Source: Raillietiella orientalis (Eukaryota). From it: a DNA stretch of 64,000 bases. The DNA lies in NCBI GenBank assembly GCA_036172245.1, contig JAYWIR010000001.1, forward strand, positions 5,270,001 to 5,334,000. The letters are read 5' to 3'. The first letter of the stretch is position 1. Each line of letters starts with the position of its first letter. Positions 54,902 to 64,000 of this stretch are shown piece after piece. A program made the translations under genes and the position numbers. The notes beneath the pieces are model-generated. The model was not told where the DNA came from. It was given only the letters and a program-made list of their open reading frames with translations, and made no database searches.

Positions 54902-56716
54902 TCGTATTTATTGTAGCGCAATTTTAAAAGTCCTGTGATTCCAGATGCTCAGTGAGGACAAAATCCTTTTTTTTTTTTTTTTTGTTTCTCTGTCTCCCTC
55001 TCCCTCTCTCACACTCGAGACCTGCTTTCCCTACAATCTCGGCACTCATCCTGAAAGTGCGCAGCTACTACTAATTTATCGCGAACAGATGCCTTCCTTC
55101 TATGACTTCTAACCTGAAGCTTACGCTTCAATATACGTAGAAAGTGACTTAAGTTCATTGCATATGTGGATTGCGGTTCCACGCTCAAATCTATGTTATT
55201 TTCGTATTGGAGTTGCTGAAAGTGATATTTCGTACTTATGTACCATCGATGGCGTGTTTTTTTGTCACGCTATGAATCCGGTAATTGTTGTGTACCAGAA
55301 ATGAAAGAAATGAGGAAAAATAAATGAAAATCCGAGAACTTCCAGTTTTCTTTCTCTGTGTGATAACGATGGACAATAAAGAAACTTATTTAAGTCAAAG
55401 GTGCTGCTCGAATTTTTGTTCCAGCCAGACACTCTCACCGTTCTCAGTGTTTCCAAGGCGCGTAGAGATTTGGGGAGAGGGAGAGGGGTTACCCGGGAGA
55501 AAATTGCTTCGGAGTGGTTGGCTCCTCGTAAGGAATATTGGAGCCATTGAAAATTCCGTCCACATCCAGCCAAAAAGTTCCTCTGTGTATAAGGAAGCGA
55601 TCCATAATTCATCCATTCTTTTAATTTGTTTGCGTTCCCCGTGCATTTGTTTGAAGACGGGCGCTGGCGTCCTAGACGGCATGAACGCGATGTTCTTCTG
55701 CAGCGCTTTTCCATCTCCTCCCGCTAGTGGATTCCTGACGAGTGCCACGATCTAGTCGATGGCACGAACGCGGAAGAGACTTCTCATCAAGTTCAAGGTG
55801 CTTGGCGTTTTCGACGTGGACTCCGTGCGTCCACGTGTGCTGCTCGAGCCTGCATACTCCTTGGAGTGGCTTGGCAACGCGATGGACGGTGGTCCTCCGC
55901 AAGGTCCCGCGAACACCTCTGCGGCTCCACCGCAGACATTTAGGGATGAAATGCAACCTGACTGAACTGCGTGGGCGAGTCCACACACGTCGAAAGAGCG
56001 TGGCTTCGTGAATGGGTGAAACGGAGATCCACAGCCATAAATACATGGCAGGTGTGAACGTATGTCGTGTATCACTTGGCTTAGCCGAGTGGTTTGTCGC
56101 GCACGTGTGTTTCCGTTCCTATCTGATGCGGAAGTGTTTTTTTTTTAATGAATAAATAGTTTTTTTTTTTGCAGGGGTGGAGGGTGGGGAAAGGGTATCT
56201 AAGGGAAACACTGTCGGAGATCAGGCTCACGTGGATCGCAAGCTCATGAATGGCAAAACTTGTCATCTTAATGTGTCATGGCTTTCTCAGGTTTCCGTTT
56301 CTCGCACATGCACAATACACAGAGAACGATCCCCCCTCCCCTTCTCCTCCCCTTCCCCCTCCCCCAAATGCTTGAGCGCATGTGCTCCCATAAGTTACGA
56401 GCTGATCAGGTGTCTGCTGCTTGTTGAGTATGTCAATTTCAGTCTTTGGCTTTTTTGAGGGGGAGGGGGCAATACTCTACTCTTCGTTCAATCCAAAGAT
56501 AACTTAGGTGCCCGCTTTGAAGACCGGGCTGCTACCAGCCTGCACGAGTGGCACCGATCGTCGCGGGTTCGGATCCCGCCCAGGGAAGGGTCGAAGCCGA
56601 GAAATGGGGGAGCGCGCCGTGCGATGCGAGTTCCCTTCCCAGCAGAACGACGCTGGTTGGCCTGTAAGCTGCGAGTGCCTCACTGGTGGAAGTCGGGTGC
56701 TCCCGTTGACTGTCCG

Positions 56717-57070
56717 GAGTCCTTCCAGGAATCAAGGAGCTGGTTCCCTTCGGGGTTCCCCTCCGGTTGTGAAAATGGAGCCGTTCCTTCCCTCGGGGGA
56801 ACGTTCCATCGCGCACCATGGAGCTGGTTGATACCTCCCTTGGGGGGTCTCCTCTCCAGAGAGATTTGGAAGCATCCCTTCGGGGTTCTCTTCAGGAGAG
56901 GAAACCAGGAGCGGATCCTTTTTTGCTTCCCTTCGGAGGAGAAACGAGGATTGGCCCCCTTCGGGGTTCTCTCCGGAGACAACCAGGGCGAGAGGTCCCT
57001 CCCAAGAGCAAGAGGGACTGGATCCTTCTTCTGGAGCCTTCCTGGATTCATGGAGTGGTCCCTCCGGGGG
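56717..57070. repeat. Degenerate GC-rich local repeat with a recurring CCCTTCGGGGTTC core
   Basis: CCCTTCGGGGTTC at 56746, 56876 and 56957. gagtccttccaggaatcaaggagctggttcccttcgggg (from 56718) resembles gagccttcctggattcatggagtggtccctccggggg (from 57034). Confidence 0.7.
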
Positions 57071-57698
57071 CACCCCCTAACTTGAAGGGTGCCACGCACC
57101 CTCGGGTGGCGCGGATAGCGTGAAAAAGCTCTTGATGAGCCTCCGGGCGAATGGTTCTTGAGTACTTGGAGCACCGAAAAAAAAAGAAAAAGCCTGAAAC
57201 AAAGCAGTGAAACGGAAGAACCCCAAAGGATTTCTATCGTTTGTTGAGGATGTGACCCAGCTTTGGCCGCTTCTCGGCCTTCAAGAAAACAACTTGTGCC
57301 TTGATGTTTTCGCATCCCGATAAACGGATTCCGAGTCACGAAAACAAACAGCAGCGAAAGGAAGAGGCTGGCTGCTCGGCGTCGGCGATGATGGTTTCTT
57401 CGGTTGCTCCTCCCCTCCCCCTCCCTTTCTGCAACGCTCGTACTCGAAATTCGCTCGCGTTAGCGCGCGTACAGTTGGCGTGCCTTTTCCTTTTCCTTTC
57501 GCAAAGAGGTGATTCCTTCAACGCATGGTGCCAGCTGCCATCAATCTGTTTCCGTTCGAAGCACAGGAAAGACGTTTATGCGAAACATCTGAAGTCGAGA
57601 CGATCTTGGCGATATAATCACAACGGCTGAACAACCCGTCGACGAGCCGTCGTCGGATCTGTCGAATTTTCGAGTACAATCACGAAGTGCCAGCATCC

Positions 57699-57706
57699 AT
57701 GTGCAC

Positions 57707-57774
<68 letters not shown>

Positions 57775-57800
57775 GTGTGTGCGTGCGTGCGTGCGCGCGT
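57699..57800. repeat. Compound (AT)n(GT)n(ATGT)n(GT)n(GCGT)n microsatellite
   Basis: 102 nt of uninterrupted purine-pyrimidine alternation. Confidence 0.95.
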
Positions 57801-60800
57801 TTTTCCGCCACGGCCATCACCTCGGAGCACCCCTTCCAGTCTTCCACTCCGCACGCTGCGTCGGAGGCATCCCGTTCCTGGTATCCCCAGAAGCCATCGG
57901 GCCTGCGAGGGATGCCTGGAGTAAATCAGTGGCATCTCCATACGCCAGGCTTAGTTCCACATGAGCTGGCTGGCTTTCCTCCTCCTCTCCCGTTAGGAAG
58001 TCTGTCGGCTGGGGAAGCTCCACCGAGACATCGCGCGGTTGCCGCCGCCGCGAATGGGAGGCCGAACCGGGGAGGAGTTTCGCCGAGGAGCCACTCGATC
58101 GCCGCGGGATTGCATGAGGATCGTTCGCGTTCCGATTCGGCGGGGAGGAAGGGGGTTCCCCCCCCCCCCGCTCCCCCTTCGGGAAGCGGACGATGTGTGT
58201 GTAAAGGGGGGGGAGAGTTTTTTTTTTTTTTTTTTTTTTGCCCCAAGTCAGCAAAACAAAACAAAAAAACAAAACATGCCGCGCGCGCGACGCTCGCAGT
58301 TGCTTCCCGCCGGCCATGCATCGTCGGCCCTGCCGGGCCCGCGCGAGAGAGCCCTTCGCGGGCTGAGCGGATCCTCGGCACATGCGGTCGGAGCACGGAG
58401 CGGGCGGTGAAAATCATCCGCGAAGAATCGCGTTCGGGAAAGGTCGCCGGAAAGCCTTTCGGGGATGTCCGCACGGAACCGGCACCGGTCTCGCGGTTAC
58501 GGTGTGCTCGGAAGGAGGCAGTTCCTATTGTGTTTCTAATTGCCGGAGGATTTAGAAAGGATGAAGCGTGCAATTATCTCAAGATGGGGGGGGGGGGGGG
58601 AAGGACAACAGCTCATCGGGACTTCTCTTCGCGTCGTGATCCAAGCCCGAAAGCACGCATTTTACGAGATCCGTTATTTTGGTCCTGTTGGTAAAAAGTT
58701 GCATGTGGCGCCTTGGTTCCACTGTGCTTATTGATCAAACTCCCAGGCGCCACGGGGAACGCAAAGGGTTTCTTCCCCCGAGATCCCCATTGAAATTCTT
58801 CCCGCATCAGCATTCAAAATGCATACATGCGTAATGGGAAACAAAAAGGAAACTGAAATGAAATTTATTGCGCGTTTTGAGAAGGCCACGCGCGGGCCAT
58901 AGGGATCTCCTGAAAGTGAATTCCTCCTTCGAGGGACCCCTGTCTCCACGAGGAGCTCACGCGAAGCTCCCAGACCCCGAGCAGCCGTCCGAGATGGCTT
59001 CCTATCGAGCCTGGAGCGAGAAGCGGTCGCCCGAAACCCAATCCGAGCGGGAAGCGATCCACGCGCGGGGAGGATTCCTTCTGGATGGATTCCGGAGTCG
59101 GGAGGCGGACCCAGGTTCCCGCGATGTCGAGCTCCGCGCCTCGAGGGGGCTGGCGTATCGCGAACCACCGTGGCGCCTTCGTGGAGGGAAGGAGGACGCG
59201 TGCGCGCTCGCAGGTGGAACCGGGACAGCTTCCGGGCAACCAAGCAGGCGCCCCGTCCGGGAGTTTGCGCACCTCCGTCCGGTTGCGAAGCCTTCTGTTT
59301 GGCTCATCAGAAATGCACCTTTGGAAACTGTGGATGCTGTCCCTAAACCAAACAACCTGCAGTGTACATAAAAAGAGAAGAAAAAAAAGGAAAAAAATGC
59401 CACCATAGTTTGAATAAAATAATGTCAGGAGCAGCAGCTGTTGAAAATGATCGATTTCTTTAGCACTGTATCTCAGGAAGTTCTGTTTTCGAATTTCTCG
59501 TGAGTAAATGACAGGACAATGCAGCTTGATTTTCTCAGCTGACAATGATTAAACGTCTGTGTTACCTAGGAAACGAGCAGATCCGGAATATTAGTGCATC
59601 ATAATAATGCTGAGGAAAAGAGAGGAGGAGGAAAAAGGCCAAGCAATCAGTACCATCATAAGCGTGTGGCGGAGTAACAGTGTCAGCCAGAAACCCGGTT
59701 GAAGTGGAGGAGCACACAAACCGCCCGGGCATAGCCGTGCCGCGCGCACAGGAGGCGACAGGAATCCTGCGCACGTTCTTCCCGAACCGACGTCTTCCCG
59801 CTTCGTTCGGCATCCTGAAGGTTTCCTTCCTGAACGAAGCGAGACGGTCTGGCAGCTCAGTGGTCAGGCAATCAAAAGGCGTGTTGTTCTGAGGCTCTGT
59901 TGTTCGGGATGCACACTCTAGGACTGTGTGACCGGTTTTGCGTGATTGTCCAAGTGCCTCCCGAAGCTCTGGGAAGGAGAACAAAGGGGAGGAGGAGAGG
60001 GAATCCATCATACTTTCCCTTTGCTTCTCTCCCTTTCCTTCCTTCCTTTCGAGCCGAGATACCTGAGGAATGTTTTCTGGGAATCGCTTTGGTGATGCGG
60101 GAAACACGTCCTTTTTCCGTCAAAGCCTTCGAAATAGCGGTGGTTTACGTCTTCGGAGGCTGATCGTGTTCGTGTACAGTGTTTGCAGTTGGTGTGGTAT
60201 TCCAATGAAATTTCATCCAGTCACAGCGATTCCCACCGGCCACCAAGGTGCGCTGACGAAGCCCGAAAAAGCAACGGACTGACGCGTCTTGCGGATGCAA
60301 GAATCAGCCGACAGCGTTCGTGAAACACCGCCGTTGAAAGATTTCGGTTCGTCTCTGGATGATCGATCATCCGCGCAGATTTATCTATCCAAAGACTTTT
60401 TGTACTTCTCTCGTGCCCACAATTCGTAGTGCGCGGGACCAGTCGAATTGCGGGGAAGGAACCCCGGGTCGGGAACCTCATGCCCGCGGAGCACATCGCA
60501 TCTGGGGTTCTTCCGCAGGCCTTCGCCGGCTCCCCTCGCGCTTCCCCTCGCCAAGCAGGAAAGAGATTCGTTGGGTTCTATCTGTCCGCCGGGTATCGAC
60601 GCATTTGCGGCCTGTTCATCTGCTCGTGCGCTCACTCCCTTCCCGAACTTGTGGAGTAACCAGGGTTACCGATTCCAAGAAGGGTGCGGGCGCAACTTTG
60701 CTTTAGGTCGATAGTGCGCAGAGGACGTGTGGATGCAGAGTGGCCCGCGCTGCCGCTCTCGAGTACGCAGCCGTGGACACGCGAACGGTAGCTGAAAGGT

Positions 60801-61995
60801 CATTGCAACCGTGCATGGATGGCAACTCCGAAGCGATCACACAGGATGAAGAGAGGAGAAATGAATACGCGTCATTTTGGGGTTTGACTGCGTGGAAAGC
60901 ATGACCAGGTTCTTCATGCAGCTCCGGAGGCATCAGAGTGCTGGACCAGACCATGGAGCTATGCGATTCGACCGATTCCGGCGTCGGCCGCCGCCTTGGC
61001 TCGCGGTGCGGAATCTCCTCATCCCGTTTTCTTTTCTCAAAGTTTCTTCTCGGCCAGACATTTGGAGCGGATGTCAAACTCACCGCGGAGAAGAGAGTGA
61101 TGCTGGATCTCGTAGTTGAAGAGTCCACCGGGAATGAGGACAGAGAGAGAGCTCTCTGCTTGATTTCCAGTTTCCTTTATGAAGGCGAAGCGTTCGGACC
61201 GGTGGTGCCTGGCAACGTCTTGACTCTCCTGAAGATTTCGTCCTGGGTGCAAAAAGCGTTTCGGGGTCGTAGAATCCATCGACGTTTCTATTGATTCCGG
61301 TTTGTTCTTACGGAAGGCTGCCCTTTGCTTCCATTCTGTCTTCTGAAGGTGCTTGGTTCATTCTCAGAGTTGATGCGGTTGCCTGGTAACGCGTTTGAAG
61401 GAGCATGGAAAGCCAGGATGAACCCACAGTGTTCCTCTGAGGGAACAAATGTTTATGGCACCCAAATTGCACGCCAATGGTGCTTGGGAGTAGAAAGAAA
61501 GAAAGAAAAAAAAATCAATTAGCGCCTTTACTGCTACTTAAGCTGCGGTCGAATGCCTGCCGATTATTCTCCTCCCCCGCCTTCGCTTTTATTCCACCTT
61601 CATAATTCACGCATAGTCGGAACGTTATGTCGGCATGTTGTTCCACCGAGTCCAAGAATGTCCGCGCTTCAGTGTCGCTCCAAGCTGGCGCTGAGCTTTT
61701 CGCTCCAAGGTTCTGAACAAGGCGATGGCGATGGTGGGTGGCGCGCTCCTCACACTTCGTCTGCGCGCGAAGAAAGCCAAAAACCTCCTCCCTCCCCAGC
61801 CACACCGAGGAGGCGGCTGCCACTTATCTTGTAGGAAACTGCGAAGCCACGATTCCGAGCTTAGAGATCCACATTCCGGTGCATTTTCTACAGCATTCTA
61901 AATGCACTTCTTATTGATTACCACGGACGGATGTGCCCTGAGGGCGCACCGAAGTGGTTCCCGGCAGATGGATTTCAGCGAAACTTTTCTTTTCG

Positions 61996-62023
<28 letters not shown>
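61996..62023. repeat. (GA)n microsatellite
   Basis: Read directly from the sequence. Confidence 0.9.
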
Positions 62024-62026
<3 letters not shown>

Positions 62027-63859
62027 ACAAAATAAAATAAGATGAGATAAACGAACTGTCGAGAATCTAAATCGAAGATCGGAGCAAACGACGATGGACC
62101 TCTTGTTAAAATTGGTGTCTGTGTGTTTCATGTTTTTTTTATATATGTCTCGTCAGCCTTACCACGCCGCGAGAGTTGAGAAAGGGCTGCCATGTCTATC
62201 CGCGTCTGAAATCCCCTGCATGAAACCGATATGCATGAAACCCAGATTCCTGGAGGATTTAGCGTGTATTCGTTCCCACAGCCAGGAGCCACGCGAAGGC
62301 TCTCTGAAACATCGAGGGCTGCGTTACCGCATTTCGCATTATCTTCGACGGTTTCCCCTGACCAGCTTCGCTTTGATAAGTGCCGTGGCATTCCCGGGAG
62401 CAGGGAACTGGGAGAGCGAGGGAAGAGCCAAATCCGATTCCTGAACTGCTTGCTTCGACCGAGAGGGAGTTTTCTTCTTCGGCGGCTTCGCGGAAATCTT
62501 TGGAATTTCTCCGTTTTCCTCGCTGCTGATCCCCTACGAGCATGTCCTGCCTAACTGGTTCAGGGATTCTTCCCCACCCCCCACCTCACCTCCCTTTTCA
62601 GCCACCCTTTTCTTTCTTTCTTTCTTTTTCATCGGCGTGAATGCCGGTGGGTCGCTGAGAAATGCCGCACGGTCCGAAGAGTTTCGTGCGGGGTGACGTC
62701 GTCCGACGGGAACGCTCTGGGAACATTTCCGCGCGCGCGCACGTGCGTTTCGCCCGTCCTCCTACGTCCTTCAGTTCCTCTTGGACGAAAGAGGGACTTT
62801 TCAGATCCGTGAGATTCCTGGCGATCGCAGCAAATCCTGAAGCTGAAGTCCCCATCCGAAGGCGGACCCATCGAGCAGTGCTGTCGGGATGGGGATGGAA
62901 AGAGGGGGGGGGCTTGCGGAAGTCGAGCGTCCAGAGGAAAAAAAAAAAAGCCGGGATCGATTAACTGTCAGGAGTCAGCAGCGAAGAGTCGGTCGTAGCT
63001 TGACGACCCCGGGATGCGTGACAGCGGTTATGAAATGAATTCCCCGCCACTAATGAGAGGTGGTAAAGGAGGACGGCATTCCTTTGGCGTCACTCTTTGC
63101 CAGAAGTGCAAGCGAGGCATCAGACGTCAAAGCGGAAAGAACTGCCAAAAAAAAATAATAATAAAGCCGCGTCCGGGAACTCCGCAAATATCCTTTCGAG
63201 ACGCCCCGAGGACTTTCCAGGTTTTAGGAGGCAACACGGAGACGTCACTCGGATGGGGGGGGGGGGAATCCAGAACAGCCGGGGAGATAGCATCCGGAGG
63301 CGAGACAAGTGCCCAGGCGGCGCATCCGAGGTATGTGATGAAAGCGCGAGTGGTGGTGACTGCTCGCGAAATGCCCTTATGATTTACGGTCGCCTTTCCT
63401 GGAATCGCAATGGAGAGGAGCGTCCCGTTCCTGCGAGCGAGGGAGGATGGCAGTTGGCGGATGATTGAACGCGCGCTTCCGTCAGGCTGCGGATTCATCA
63501 CATTGCATCGGATGCGTTTCCCGGGAACGACTGGGATCTCCAGTAAAGTCCTTTGCGCGCGTTGGTCTCTCCGACGGGACGCGAGCGTACCTCCGCTTCT
63601 CCCGTCTTCGTCTTCCTTGACAGGAAAGACGGCTTCCCCCGGCTGTACGCTCTGAAGCTCTGTGTCCGCGGACATGTGTACACCCGGAGGTCATCCTTGA
63701 ACCTGGTTCCCTGGCATTGAAATGTCGCCGGACGATGTAAACAAAGGCGAGGGACGAGCAGGCTGTATTGGCACAACTTCTAGACACTCGCCAATAAATC
63801 AAGACATCGGAACGACCGCGGGCGTGTCTGCAGCGGAAGCTGTCCAAGTAAGTGACAAA

Positions 63860-63880
63860 GCTGCTGCTGCTGCTGCTGCT
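63860..63880. repeat. (GCT)7 trinucleotide repeat
   Basis: Read directly from the sequence. Confidence 0.85.
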
Positions 63881-64000
63881 GCCGTGCACTTCCTTGGCTC
63901 GAGCTGACGGACTCCGTCATGGCGAACCGAAAGACGCGCGGTCACCTTTTCGGCTTGCAGACCGGACTGGGAACCTTTCAGCGGCCAAAGACCGAAGGAC

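Noticed and set aside
56070..56147. A-box-like TAGCCGAGTGG followed by a T run (possible Pol III unit)
   Set aside because: Better explained as a simple hairpin CACTTGGC-TTA-GCCGAGTG; no proper B box or anticodon arm.
56717..57070. CRISPR-like array interpretation of the CCCTTCGGGG repeats
   Set aside because: Eukaryotic context, identical core of only about 13 nt, irregular spacing (130 and 81 nt), mutually similar spacers and no cas genes.
57131..57152. Second hammerhead-like core (TTGATGA-GCC-TCCG-GGC-GAAT)
   Set aside because: Both conserved boxes deviate and I could not build stems I and III.
57687..58694. Longest ORF in the track (335 aa)
   Set aside because: It begins inside a microsatellite, crosses C, G and T homopolymers and has no recognisable domain. 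Its length is explained by high GC content.

Overview
Eukaryotic (animal, most likely arthropod) genomic DNA. The window holds the 3' part of one large + strand TALE-class homeobox gene of the Meis/homothorax (hth) family. I assembled eight GT-AG coding exons by hand: 4168-4218, 4721-4909, 14075-14210, 24253-24404, 31066-31142, 50648-50706, 51994-52077 and a probable terminal exon 54019-54149. Intron phases are compatible throughout, giving 879 nt (292 aa plus stop). The product covers the end of the HM/MEINOX domain, the linker, the full PYP-containing homeodomain (WFINARRR) and a Gly/Met/Tyr-rich tail. I found no 5' exons, so they presumably lie upstream. The rest is intron and 3' flank with many microsatellites and homopolymers, and sequence from about 53.5 kb (especially 56.5-64 kb) is markedly GC/CpG-rich. 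Nearly all supplied ORFs look spurious, and I saw no prokaryotic, CRISPR or recognisable transposon features. The best leads, all unproven, are a hairpin-dense degenerate repeat with cUUCGg tetraloops (56.7-57.15 kb), a near-hammerhead motif (55.7 kb), in-frame alternative donors inside the homeobox, and several phase-compatible alternative last-exon candidates.
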